Under the pieces are notes generated by a model that was not told where the DNA came from, made no database searches, and saw only the letters and a list, made by a program, of their open reading frames with translations. From Longimicrobiales bacterium (GTDB lineage: Bacteria > Gemmatimonadota > Gemmatimonadetes > Longimicrobiales > Gaopeijiaceae), in the NCBI GenBank assembly GCA_965226375.1, contig CBDDCX010000008.1, forward strand, positions 1,888,001 through 1,952,000: 64,000 bases of DNA. The letters run 5' to 3'. How positions within the stretch are numbered: the first letter of the stretch is position 1; each line of letters opens with the position of its first letter. The position numbers were made by a program, and so were the translations under genes. Shown piece after piece: positions 20,553 to 31,593 of the stretch.

Positions 20553-20564
20553 CTGCCCGTCCCC

Positions 20565-21209
20565 CTATTCGATTCTTCCCAGAGCCCATGCCACTGCAGT
20601 TCGCACGTCGACGTCTTGCTCGGAGTCCAAGGCGGCGATCAGGGCCGGGATCGCGCCGGAACTCTCCGTTCGTCCAAGAGCGACCGCGGCCACGTATCGC
20701 ACATCCGGTTCCGTATCACCCAGTGCATCGACGAGCACCGGGACGGCGTCCGTACGACCCGCAAAACCCAGAGCCATCAGGGAGGCTCGCCGCCCCGAAG
20801 ACCGGCGATCTCGAGCGATCGCCATGAGACGCCTGCTCGTGCTCGCATCATCCACACGACCGAGCAATCGCGCGGCCACCCCTTGAACACAGGGATCAGA
20901 CGCCGTCAAGCCGGCCATGAGCTCATCGACGTCGAGTGAGCCGGGCTCACCCCGCTGCGCCCACGTGGCCACTTCGCCGGCCCTCGGGTCCGCAAGGCCG
21001 CCGAGCATCATCTTCGGTCGCACACTGCTACCGCCCCATCGGTTCTCCAACGCGCTGAGAATCAGATGGCACGCCGCCCCATCCGTCCCCTCCACAGCTG
21101 ACAAGAGGGCCGAGGCGAGCGGCGCCTGATGGGCAGGAGCCGCCCCTGCCGCCAAGCCCATTCCCGCTATCACCAGCGCTTGCCCGGTCACCGCATTCAG
21201 CCAACCCAT
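20565..21209 (-). CDS. HEAT repeat protein
   Basis: Repeated D.E.DVR..AA.ALG units; signal peptide. Confidence 0.85.
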   Translation of the reverse strand: MGWLNAVTGQALVIAGMGLAAGAAPAHQAPLASALLSAVEGTDGAACHLILSALENRWGGSSVRPKMMLGGLADPRAGEVATWAQRGEPGSLDVDELMAGLTASDPCVQGVAARLLGRVDDASTSRRLMAIARDRRSSGRRASLMALGFAGRTDAVPVLVDALGDTEPDVRYVAAVALGRTESSGAIPALIAALDSEQDVDVRTAVAWALGRIE

Positions 21210-21212
21210 CGA

Positions 21213-21392
21213 TTACTGTCCCTCCAGGCTCGGACGCCGGCGCGTCCTGCGCGATGTCGAGCGCTTGTCCCCGGCGAGCGCTCGCGCCGCAGCCTCTCGC
21301 ACCTTCGGATCGTCATCGTCCAGAAGCTGAACGATGACGCGCACCGCCGCCTCGTCAGCGATGTTGGCCAATCCATGTAGGGCCTTGGATAG
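21213..21392 (-). pseudogene. C-terminal remnant of another HEAT repeat protein
   Basis: LSKALHGLANIADEAAVRVIVQLLDDDDPKVREAAARALAG...EGQ*, in a different frame from the fused permease. Confidence 0.7.
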
Positions 21393-23710
21393 GTCGTGAA
21401 GGGGCGCACATTGGCGGGCACCAAACCGGCATCCACCGAACGCACGGCCAAGCGCATGGGTGTCGCCAACTGTCCCGGAGGAAGGTCGGTTCGAAGGAGA
21501 TACGACATCTCGACGAAGTTCCAGTCGCGAACCGGGAAGTAGATGGTCTCACGGCCTTCCTCGCGAATGTCGTCGAACCGGACGTGCTCCACGACACCGA
21601 TGACGCGAGCGAAGTAGCGGTCCCACTCGAAGCCGTCCTGTGAGGGCCGCATCACCCTCAGTTCGCGTCCGATCGGGTCCTCACCCGGCCACGCGCGCTC
21701 AGCCATCTTCTCGTCGATCACGACCACTGATTCCGCTTCCTGCTCGTTGTCGGCCCAAGTGAAATCGCGGCCGGCCCTGAGCTGGGTCTCCGCGGTCTCG
21801 AAGAACCCCGGAAGCACCACTCGATAGTCCCCCTCATTGCGGCTCCATTCCTGCTCGTCGTCCGTAAGCGCGAACGGTCCGAACCAGAGGTGGCCCTGTC
21901 CCGACAGCGGGAGTGGGCTGATACCTGAAACCGACATAACCCCTGCAACGCCGGACAACGCGACGCCCACCTCTCGAAAAAGCTGCACCCGTTGCTCTTG
22001 AGATGTCCCGAAGAACTCGGGGGTGACGTTGCCGACCAGGACCCCTTCGGCCTCGAACCCGGGCTTGACGTCCTGAAGCGCCACGAAGGTCCTCAGCAGG
22101 AGCCCTCCACCGATGAGCAGTACGAGCGTGAGCGAGATCTCGGAGACGACGAGCGAATCGCGAAGTCTGTGCACTCCCCGATCCGCCCCACCCTGACCTC
22201 GACGCCCGAAAGCACTCATCAGATCGGGGCGCGAGGCCTTCAAGGCCGGGACGGCGCCGAAAATCACGGCCGCGAGTCCGGACAGGCCAACCGCGAACGT
22301 GAGGGCCAGAAGGTCGACTCCGATGGAGTCACCCCTCGGCAGCGACGTGGGCTGGAGCGTGAGCGCCCCGCGCACCCCCGCCACCGCTAGGCCGACGCCC
22401 AGGAGCCCGCCGGTCAGCGCCAACATGCCACTCTCGACCAATACCTGCCGCGCGATTCGGAAGCGGCCCCCGCCCAACGCCGCCCGGATCGCCATCTCCT
22501 GAGCCCTGGCTTGCGACCGGATGATCTGCAGGTTCGCCACGTTAGCGCACGCGATGAGCAGAACGAGCGCCACGGCAACGAGCAGCGTGACCAGGAGGGG
22601 TTGAACATGGCTCACCACGTCGGCGTGCAGCGAGACCGCCGCGAACTCCATGCCTACGTTCTCATGGAAGGCGTTCTCGGCCCGCATCTCTTCGGAGAGG
22701 GCCTCGAGTTCCGCATCCACCTGTGCCCAAGTCGCCCCAGGGGAGAGGCGGGCGATGGTGGTGAGGAACTGTTGGTCGCGAGTTCCCTGGTCCAGCGGAA
22801 ATCCCATGGGGGTCCAGACATCTACCGTGCCCGGGAGGGATCCCTCTGCCGGCAAGTACAGACGAAAGTCCGTCGGCAAGATCCCGACGATTTCCATGTT
22901 CTGCCCGGCGATCGATACGACGCGTCCCAGAACCGACGGATCCGAGCCGAAGTGCCCCTGCCAAAGAGCAGTGGAAATAACCGCGACGGTGGGAGGAGGG
23001 ACAACCGTAGGATTCGTGAACGCTGCGGGATCGACTTCGAGATGGTCGTCGGGAGTGAACGTGCGTCCCAGGGCGGCCGAGACCCCGATGAGGTCGAAGA
23101 AGTTCACGGTCGTAAACCCGAGCACGACCTGCCGGGGCTCAAAGTCTCCGGTGATCGTGGAGCGCGTGCCGAAGACGCCCGCGATCTGCTCGAACGTTCG
23201 GGCTCGCTCACGGAAGTCCAACAGGTCGAGGCCGGACAGAGGCGCCCGGTCCACCGAGGTCGTGGTCATACGCCCCCAGATGAGCCCGATGTCCTCCGGC
23301 TTCTCATATGGAAGCGGCTGGAGAAGCACTCCGTTGACGACGCTGAAGATCGCCGTGTTGGCTCCGATCCCGAGCGCGAGCGTCACGATCACGACGATCG
23401 AGAACCCGGGCGCCTTCATGAGGGTGCGCGCTGCCACACGAATCTCAGTCCACAGTTGTCCCATCACCTCACCTCCCTCGTCTCCAGGACTCACACCCCG
23501 CCAGGCGCCGAAGTGCGCCCCCACGAGATCCACCAGCGCCCGCGGCCAGATCACGAACGGGCCCATCCATCCCCAACGCCGTCCGGCCGCCCGGACCCAG
23601 ACCTGAAAGACGCGCTCCAACTCGGGGCCGTTTCGCTCCCGGAAGTCTCTCGGAAGAGTACCGAGGAGCACCCGATAAAGACGCGCGTGGAGCGGCCACT
23701 TTACACTCAT
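21389..23710 (-). pseudogene. ADOP family ABC permease lacking its last FtsX domain
   Basis: TLALGIGANTAIFSVV, LLIACANVANL and EMAIRAALG motifs; homology ends at NVRPFTTY where it joins the HEAT remnant. Confidence 0.88.
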
Positions 23711-24027
23711 GCGCGCGACTCGAGCTTGCGCCGCGCGGCGCGTCCGAGGGCGAGAAGACGTTCAGCCTCCCGCGCGAGTGCCTGACGACCCTCGGGTGTA
23801 AGGCGGAAGTACCGCCGACGGCCGCTCGCTCCTTCGGGTCGGCTCGAGGGATCCGTCAGCTCAACGACAGAGCCGTCCTCCATCAAAGCTTCCAACGCCC
23901 GATACAGGGTGACCGGCCAGAGCGTCACTTCGCCGTTCGTCGTACGGGCGACCTCTCGAACGATGCCGCTGCCGTGCCGATCCCCGTCGGAGAGGGCCAT
24001 AAGGATGTGGAATGGGTGGGTTTTCAC
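23707..24027 (-). CDS. PadR family transcriptional regulator
   Basis: HILMAL..RHGSGI..TLYRAL..RRRYFRLT; coupled to the ADOP gene. Confidence 0.92.
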   Translation of the reverse strand: MKTHPFHILMALSDGDRHGSGIVREVARTTNGEVTLWPVTLYRALEALMEDGSVVELTDPSSRPEGASGRRRYFRLTPEGRQALAREAERLLALGRAARRKLESRA

Positions 24028-24040
24028 GTTGGTGTGCCTA

Positions 24041-24073
24041 TTTTATACAATGATATAATACATAAGTATAAAA
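24041..24073. promoter_or_regulatory. AT-rich inverted repeat, probable PadR operator
   Basis: TTTTATAC-N17-GTATAAAA just upstream of padR. Confidence 0.55.
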
Positions 24074-24141
24074 CAGGATCAAGATGAAGGGTAGGCTCCT
24101 CCGGCTCACTACTCTTCACGATCTCAACAATTCGGCGTCGC

Positions 24142-24783
24142 CTAGGACGGCCCGATGGCAAGCTCTCCCTTTAGGGCATGGCCGTCGGCATGCGTGGAAT
24201 TGAGCTCACTGCTCTTGACCCACCAGTAGAGGGCGAACATCCAGATGGCCGCCCCCTCCATCACGAATGTCAACTGCTCGAGCCTCGGAGCGAGGAGCCA
24301 GACAGTCACCGGCACAACCGCCAAGAGAACGCCGAGCAACTTGTACCATACCCGGTACCGTTTCTTGCGTGTGTCGTCCTCTATCAGATAGAGCGTGTCC
24401 GATGCACGGAACCAGCACACGTAGGCAATGGTGAGGAACACTCCGACTACACCGACAGTGTGCATCGACATAGCCTCCTGCGTTGGGAAGAGCGCAACGA
24501 TGCCCGCGGAGATCCCGGTCACGTTGAGCGCCCGATTCTCCCAGTGGCTGAAGCCCTTGTATAGGCAAAGGCACGCACCGACAGCGAAGAGAATGCCGAC
24601 GAACACGTCGCGCATCAGGCCACCGGCGTGGTAGGCGGCACTCATGGATGAACGATGTATGTCGTCCGCCGAGAGCCCGAGAAACCAGAGCAACGGAGGG
24701 AAGACGATCCCCAGGACGACGACGCCGTAGCGAAGAGTGAGGTACGTCTTGAATACGTGCTTGTGCAGGTCATCCGAGTCCAT
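24142..24783 (-). CDS. DUF998-like membrane protein
   Basis: SMSAAYH, RDVFVG, YKG...EN, VALFPT; several TM helices. Confidence 0.7.
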   Translation of the reverse strand: MDSDDLHKHVFKTYLTLRYGVVVLGIVFPPLLWFLGLSADDIHRSSMSAAYHAGGLMRDVFVGILFAVGACLCLYKGFSHWENRALNVTGISAGIVALFPTQEAMSMHTVGVVGVFLTIAYVCWFRASDTLYLIEDDTRKKRYRVWYKLLGVLLAVVPVTVWLLAPRLEQLTFVMEGAAIWMFALYWWVKSSELNSTHADGHALKGELAIGPS

Positions 24784-24917
24784 GGCTCCCCCTCCCCGAC
24801 CATCGGGCCGGATTCTGAAGTCCATCTTCCTTAGACGAGAGCGAGAACCAACTTCCGCTCTCCTTTCCCTTCCGCCGCTGGGGGGGCGCCTCTCTCAACG
24901 CGTCCCTCGGCGGCCCC

Positions 24918-25466
24918 TTACACCAGGCCCATGGCCCACATGACCCAGACCGCCGCAAAGGAGGCGGTACCCCCCACGAACGTGGCGCCCCCGATTCCCA
25001 CGAGCGCCTCCCGCACCTCCATCCCGGTGAGTGACGTGCAGACCCAGAAGTAGCTGGAGTTCACGTACTTGATGATCACCGAACCCGATGCCCCGGACAG
25101 CATGGCCGCCTCGGGCGACAGTCCCAGAGTGCCGAGCATGGGCGCCACCAGTGACGCGGCGGTAATGACGCCCACCGTCGTGGAGCCGGTGAGCATGTTG
25201 CCCAGGACACCCAGCATGAAGGGAAGCAGGATCGTGGGCAGCTCATAGGCCACGAACAGGTCGGCCACGTAGTCAACCGCCGGGGTGCCCTTGAGGATCT
25301 GGCTCAGGGATCCGCCCAGACCCGTCACCACCAGGATCATGGCAGAGGTCTTGAGCCCGTCCTTCACCCAGACGTTCACGGTCTCGGAGCTACGGTCGCC
25401 CGACCGGAGGTTCAGGATCGCCAGCCCGAGGCCGATGGCCAGGGCCACCACCGGCCATCCTATGAA
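24918..25466 (-). pseudogene. GntP family permease C-terminal fragment
   Basis: TGLGGSL, GSTTVGVITAA and VNSSYFW motifs; 5' part replaced by the IS3 fragment. Confidence 0.8.
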
Positions 25467-26017
25467 GGCCCTGGCCGGCCGGTTGATCCAGCAGAGCTGC
25501 CTGAAGCATGGCGTCCAGCCCCGGGTCCTGACCCTGCACTCGGATCGGGGAGCTCCAATGACGAGCCAATGCACCGCTCAACTTCTCGCTGACCTCGGCG
25601 TGACCCGCTCGTTGAGCCGGCCTCAGGTGTCGGATGACAACCCGTTTTCCGAGGCTCAGTTCAAAACCTTGAAGTACCATCCCTCGTTTCCCGGACGGTT
25701 CGGGGATCAGGGCCAAGCCAAGACGTTCTGTCGATCGTTCTTCCGCTGGTACAATGCCGAGCACCGCCATGGCGGCATCTCGATGCTAACCCCCGAGCAG
25801 GTCCACTTCGGGAACGCCGATCAGGTCATTGCCGGCAGGAAATCCGTGCTCCGCGAAGCATGGGCCGCTCATCCCGAACGCTTCGTCAGAGGTGTGCCGA
25901 ATCCCAAACCGCTCCCGGAGGCCGTCTTCATCAATCCTCCCATCCCTTCCCTCACCACACAGGACATTGCTCTCTAATTAATCCCGTAGAGTGTCCCATT
26001 GTCGTTGACAGGTTCCG
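25467..26017 (+). mobile_element. IS3-family element, right-hand fragment
   Basis: LHSDRG..SRPQVSDDNPFSEAQFKTLKY..WYNAEHRHGG integrase core ending 25977; terminal TGTCCC...TTGACAGGTTCCG. Confidence 0.85.
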
Positions 26018-26104
26018 ATCGGGCTTAGCGGGGATAAGGGGAACAGGCTTAAGAATCAGCTCGTCGAGAACGGAGTCCTGGACGAGCAGGAGGTGAAAGC
26101 GCCC

Positions 26105-28334
26105 CTACGGTACTGGCTCAAGGAACACCTGATAGCTGTCCCCCTCAACCCGAATCCCAGCGAAGACCACCAAGCGGCCGTCGGGCGACCAGGAGGGCTC
26201 CGTCACCCTGTGATACCCATTAGCGAGCCGCGTCACCTCGGCACCGCCGGTGTCCAAGATCTGGAGGAATCGGGTGTACCGGTTCCGGTTTCCTGGACAA
26301 GTCGGCGGCCTAATCATGCCGCCTTCAGGGTGAGCTCCTGACGGACCTGGGCCGGGGTCCGATACCCGTGCCGCTCCAGGAGCCACCCGCGGTTGTAGCG
26401 TTCGATGAACGCATCGATCTCCTGCCTGGCCTCCTCGAGGCTCTCGAAGTCGTGGAGGTACAGGCACTCTTCCTTCAGCGTCCGCATGAAGCGTTCCGCG
26501 ACGCCGTTGCACTCCGGCTCTCCTACGTACGAGGCCGTCGAGCGGATCCCGAGCCAGGCCAGCTCTCCTTGGAACTGATGGGCGGTGTACTGAGGGCCCC
26601 AGTCGTGCCGTAGGCCGAGCCCCAGAGCGATCTTGGGCGCGTAGCCGTCCATGTGGGTTCGTACACCCTGGCGGATCGGCTCGAGCGCTGCCCACCGATC
26701 GCCCTTCTTCGCCACGTGCCAGCCCACCACGTCTGTGATGCAGTGATCCACCGCCACGAAGAACCAGCACCACCCATCCTCCTTCGTGTAGAACCGCGTC
26801 GCGTCCGTACCCCACAGCTCGTTCGGCACATCCGTCGCGTGATCCGGCCGCTGTGGCTCCGGTCCCCACGCGGGTGCTTTCCGCGCCGTACGGGGGCCAG
26901 CAGCCCATTCTCCCGCATCAGCCGCAGCACGCGGTTCTTGCCCACACCGATCCCCTTGGCTCTCAGACGGGCCCGGACCTTCCGGTGGCCTTCGCCCAGG
27001 AAGTCGCTCTCCTTCAGCACCTGTCGGATCTCCTCCACCAACTCCTCGTCGCTCAGCTTCGTCTTCGGTCCGCGCTTCTTCAGCCCTGCCGGCCCGTCGC
27101 TCTCTTCTCGATCTCGGGCCGCGTAGACCGTCGAGCGCCCCACCCGCCAGACCTCGCAGATCATCGTCAGAGGGTAGAGCCGCCCTGTCCCCGGACTCAC
27201 CCGCGTCCGCGCTTCAAGAGCTTCTCCAGCTCGTCCCCGTACCCCCTTTTTTCCAGGAGTTCTCTCGCAAGCTCCAGTCGCATCGTCAACTCTCCCAGCT
27301 TCGCCCGGGTCCGGGTCAGCTCCCGTTCTCCAGGGTCTCGGCCCCGGCGTCTCAGTCCCTGCTGACCGGTCTCCAGGAACACCCGCCGCCATTCCTCCAG
27401 CTCCGGCGGTGAGACCTGTACCTCGCGGCTGACCTCCACCAGGTCCTCACCCCGTAGCAGGCGCAGCACCACCTCCGTTTTCTGCTGGGCACTCCACCGC
27501 TCGGGTACCTTCTCACGACCTGCGGTCGCCTTGTTCTCCCTCGGCTTCTGGGCCATCACGTCCCTTTCTCTCTGGACCCGCTGTCTTTGCCAATCTACTG
27601 TCCAGAGAAATCGGGGGCGCTAAACGGGTCCCATCTGGCTCCACACTCACGAACACAAGCCGGTCGCTCTCAGGGCTCCAAGCAGGGCAGAAATCGTGGC
27701 CCCTCCGACTGGTCAACCGCGCAACGTCACCGGTGAGGAGATGGAGGAGATAGATCTCGTCGTATTCCTCGTTGGTGTCTCGGCGAGGGAAGAAGGCCAC
27801 TCGACTTCCGTCCGGCGACCACCTCGGCCAAACGTCGCGGCCGCGCGTCGACAAGAGGGACCGAGGCGTCGGTTCACCAAGGCGAACCGTCAGGATATCG
27901 AGGGAGTCGTTCAAGAATCGTGTATACGCTACCTCGAGGCCATCAGGCGACCATGCCGGGAAGAGCTCCTCTCCCGGCAATCGAGCCACCCGACGTACCT
28001 CTCTCGACGAAAGCTCCATGATGTGCAGGTCTGGCTCCCCGTTCCGGTCACTGACGAAAACCACCCGGTCTCCGTCAGGGGACCAGGACGGATAGCGATC
28101 GTCGGCGTCGGAAGTGGTCAGCGCGGTAACGGCGTTGGTCCGGAGTTCGAGAACGTAGAGGTCCCAGTTCGCGTTCCGATCTGACTCGAAAACGATGCGA
28201 GTTCCGTCAGGGCTCCACGACGGAGCTCTGCTGGTAAACACTCCCTCGGTTAGCTTGCGTACAGGGGCCTCCTGGGCGGTGGCTGGCAGCCCCGCCAACA
28301 CTGCAAGTACCGGTACCAAGGCTGTCATGCTCAT
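26105..28334 (-). pseudogene. TolB/PD40-repeat protein split by IS3
   Basis: Repeated PSWSPDG units; removing the IS and one CGGG copy restores EPDGTRFLQILD in frame. Confidence 0.9.
26275..27624 (-). mobile_element. IS3-family insertion sequence (orfA/orfB), 4-bp TSD CGGG
   Basis: Imperfect IRs TGTACCGGTTCCGGTTTCCTGGACA / TGTCCAGAGAAATCGGGGGCGCTAAA; orfA 27197-27559; orfB with WGTD..D..E; AAAAAAG slippery site 27246-27252; extra frameshift near 26835. Confidence 0.92.
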
Positions 28335-28458
28335 CTGCCCACCCTCCCAGTCGCGCTTGACGACATGCAGTTCTGCACTCGACCAACTCTGGTGCACATG
28401 CTCGTCGCGCGCGACCCGCTAGGGCTCCCTGCGCGAACTGCGTCGCGGTCGTGCTCCG

Positions 28459-29583
28459 CTACCTCGATAAAAAGACGGTGATGTGTTCAGTCCTGTCATT
28501 CGCCATTGCGAAGTCCAACCGTCCGTCGGCGTCGAAATCTCCCGTCGCAAAGCCGTAGGGACGCCCGTCGACCTCGAGACGATGCAGGATGGGCGAGTCG
28601 CCTCCCGTCAGAACGGCGACTTCGCTTCCCATGTAGCTCGCCACCAAGACCTCGGCGTGGCCGTCTCCCGTCAGGTCCACTGTGGCGCTCTTCGTCGGCC
28701 CGATCCCGATGTCGTAGTGGCGGGCGGTCCGAAACGACCCCTCGGCACCGCCAAGCCATATGGCCAGGGAACCCACCCCTTCTCCCGAGCCGGCAGCCAA
28801 GTCAGCGAAGCCGTCGCCATTCAGATCCGCCGCCACAATGGAGAACGGGTCGAACTCGGGCCGGAGGACCACATCCTGTGTGAACCTGCCTGATCCGTCC
28901 CCCACGAGCACGGATACGTGGTCGGGATTCGGAGTCACCAAGTCGATGAGGCCGTCACTATTGAGGTCGACCAGAGTCATCCCTCGGTAAGGGTCGCCGC
29001 CCACGTCTATTCGTGTCGATGGGCCCGACTCTGAGAACGTGCCATCCCCAACGCCCCTGAAGAGACGGATCGATTCAGCCCCTCGGTCGTCGACCATAAG
29101 GTCCGCGTGGCCGTCTGCATCAATGTCCTGCAGTCGCACAGCATGAGGATGGGGGGCAACGCTCACCTGGAGTTGCGAGTAGCTCTTGCGCTCGAAGCGC
29201 CCACCCGGAACGCCAAACAGCAGGGTGACGTAGTTCGTCTCGTGGTTCGCGACTGCTAGATCTCGCAACCCATCCTCATCGAGATCCGCTAGCGCCAAAT
29301 CAACCGGATTCTCGCCGGCCTCGACGGACGATGAGACGTCGAACTGCCCGTCACCGCGACCGTGCAGCACGAGGACTCTGCCTCCTCCCGGCACAACGAG
29401 CTCGAGCTGGCCGTCGCCGTCGAGATCGGAGGCCAGAATCGCACTGGTGGTGACTCCAACGAAGACATCCACCCGGTCGAACGACAGCTGACTCTCTTGG
29501 TCAGCCAGAGACGCCGCACACCCGACACTGGGGGTTGTGAGGACCGCACATCCCAGAGACCACCACCTCGACGTCATCTTCAC
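28459..29583 (-). CDS. FG-GAP/VCBS repeat lipoprotein
   Basis: Seven DxDGDGxxD repeats; lipobox VGC. Confidence 0.9.
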   Translation of the reverse strand: MKMTSRWWSLGCAVLTTPSVGCAASLADQESQLSFDRVDVFVGVTTSAILASDLDGDGQLELVVPGGGRVLVLHGRGDGQFDVSSSVEAGENPVDLALADLDEDGLRDLAVANHETNYVTLLFGVPGGRFERKSYSQLQVSVAPHPHAVRLQDIDADGHADLMVDDRGAESIRLFRGVGDGTFSESGPSTRIDVGGDPYRGMTLVDLNSDGLIDLVTPNPDHVSVLVGDGSGRFTQDVVLRPEFDPFSIVAADLNGDGFADLAAGSGEGVGSLAIWLGGAEGSFRTARHYDIGIGPTKSATVDLTGDGHAEVLVASYMGSEVAVLTGGDSPILHRLEVDGRPYGFATGDFDADGRLDFAMANDRTEHITVFLSR

Positions 29584-29999
29584 CGCACGCCACTCCCGAC
29601 TCTAGCCCGCGTCTCGCGATTCTTTATCACAAACAACTTGCACACAGCAGACCAAGTGCGCGAGTCCTCCGGCCCTACGTGCGCCGTCTACTCGGCCCGG
29701 AGTACCTCCGCGGGGTCTAACCGGATTGCCTGGCGGTGCCTTTGATGTAGGCGGTGACGACATTACATGAGTCTTATGCCCTGTCCGGGCCAACTGAGTA
29801 CGGTAACCAGACGCTCCCCCGCCTGGCCCGTCCATTACCGCATACCCTACCTTGCCTCCCAGACCCATTGCCGACTGGATGGACGTGAGGGTGTGTTCGA
29901 CGAACGGGGAGACGGCGACCCGTTCAGGTAAGCTCGTGGACCGCGATCCGGAGAACCATCGGGTCTGCGTCAGAGAGGAGGAGGTCGGGAGTTGAGCAT

Positions 30000-30443
30000 A
30001 TGGATTCCATAACGATCTACACAGCCGGCGAGATCCACAGCGACTGGCGCGACCGCTTTCGCGCCGCGCTCCAGGCGGCCGGCGTGAGCGCTACGTTAGT
30101 AGGTCCTAACCCCGAGCATGATCGTTCAGACTCGGTCGGCGAAGATATTCTCGGTGAGCAGCCGGGCCCACAGTACCGCGACCTCATGGGTGCCCGGGTC
30201 AACACGCTACGTACGCGTATCCTCCTCCGAAAGGCGGATCTGGTGGTGGCCTATTTCGGTCACCAGTATCGGCAGTGGAACACCGCTTCCGACGCCGGCG
30301 CGGCCGTGGCCTCCGGGCTTCCGCTGATCCTGGTTAGGGACGCGGAGCTGATCCACGCGCTCAAGGAGCTCGACGCCCTGGCCACGCTCACCGTGGAGAC
30401 GCTGGAGCAGGCGGCCGAGGCAGTGGCATACATATCGGAGTAG
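30000..30443 (+). CDS. YtoQ family protein
   Basis: AGEIHSDWR, YRQWN and HALKE motifs. Confidence 0.85.
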   Translation: MDSITIYTAGEIHSDWRDRFRAALQAAGVSATLVGPNPEHDRSDSVGEDILGEQPGPQYRDLMGARVNTLRTRILLRKADLVVAYFGHQYRQWNTASDAGAAVASGLPLILVRDAELIHALKELDALATLTVETLEQAAEAVAYISE

Positions 30444-30495
30444 GCGGGGTGGGGCTTCCGCCCAATGGGGCCTCGAACGCCCTGGAGATGAGCAG

Positions 30496-31458
30496 ATGAC
30501 CGAGACAGCCTGGACCCGAGATCTGACCCCGGACATGCGTTAGCGGCTGAAGGATCTTCACAAGCCGAGGCCGTGGATCTCGGTAAGGAAAATCGCCGTT
30601 TTGCTCGCCATATGGGGAACGTTGGGAGCCACGGCTATCGCGGTCGAATCCTGGTGGGTGCGCGTTCCCTGTTGGCTCGTGATCGGACTCGTGTTCCACG
30701 GACTCGGCGTGGCCATGCACGACGGGGCCCACGGAGCGCTGTTCCACAAGGGTGCGACAGACCGTTTCGTAGGCTTCCTTTGTGGCCTGCCACTCGCGTT
30801 TTCCTGCAGTGCGTATCGCGCTACACACATGCTGCATCACCGCTACGAGAATACCGCCAAGGATCCGGACAACCTCTATGCCGCCGTGCCCAACAAGACC
30901 ATGAGGTTCATCCTCTACTACAGTTGGTACGTCGTCGGAATGGTGTTGTATATAGGAACCGTGATCGCAACGGGACCGTTCCGGGCCGAAGGTTGGAAAG
31001 AGAAAGGCCTCTGTGTGGTCGAGGCGGTAGTGATGCTTTCTTTCTATTACAGTGCATATCTGGCGACCCTCACGTTCGGGCTGACGGAGGTCGTGTTGTA
31101 CGGTTGGTTGGCTGCCCTTCCGTTCGCGATGGTCATCGCCAACATTCGGGGGCTCGCGGAGCACACGCTCCTCGAACAGGCTTGTCCGCCGGATCCCCTC
31201 AAGGCCACTCGCACCACGCTCAGTCATACGGTGATCTCTTTCTTTTTCAGCAACCAGAACTATCACCTCGAGCATCACCTGTTTCCGACAATCCCGTGGT
31301 ATAACCTGCCCGGGGTGCATGAAGTGCTGAGACCCATCTACGAGGCGCGTGGGGCCTCGATCTGCGACGGGTACCTTCAGTACGTCGCCGATGCCTTCAG
31401 GCATGGCCCGATGAAGGGCATCCAGTACGTCAGTGGTAGCCGCACCGTGGTGGGTTGA
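30496..31458 (+). pseudogene. Fatty acid desaturase with premature TAG at codon 16
   Basis: His boxes HDGAH, HMLHH, HLEHH; ATG 30496, TAG 30541-30543, then the frame continues RLKDLHKPRP. Confidence 0.8.
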
Positions 31459-31593
31459 GGGACGCCGCGGCGATCACTCGTTTGATCCAGATCAACGAGG
31501 CCCACGACTTTTCGTACGACCGCGAGGAGTTGGTGCGGATGCTCGACGAGGCTCTGCAGCGGTCGAGAGGCTAGGATCGTTGGGGCGGAGAAG

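Noticed and set aside
22511..23785. Long antisense ORFs (also 8847-9959, 30388-31404, 49758-50879)
   Set aside because: Shadow ORFs of high-GC genes on the opposite strand, with no motifs.
29625..29725. Possible additional attC (AACAACTTGCACACAGCAGAC, GTCTAAC)
   Set aside because: Could not pair the arms or find properly oriented cores.
30541..30543. In-frame TAG as pyrrolysine or recoding
   Set aside because: TAG is a normal stop for many genes here, and the position is non-catalytic.
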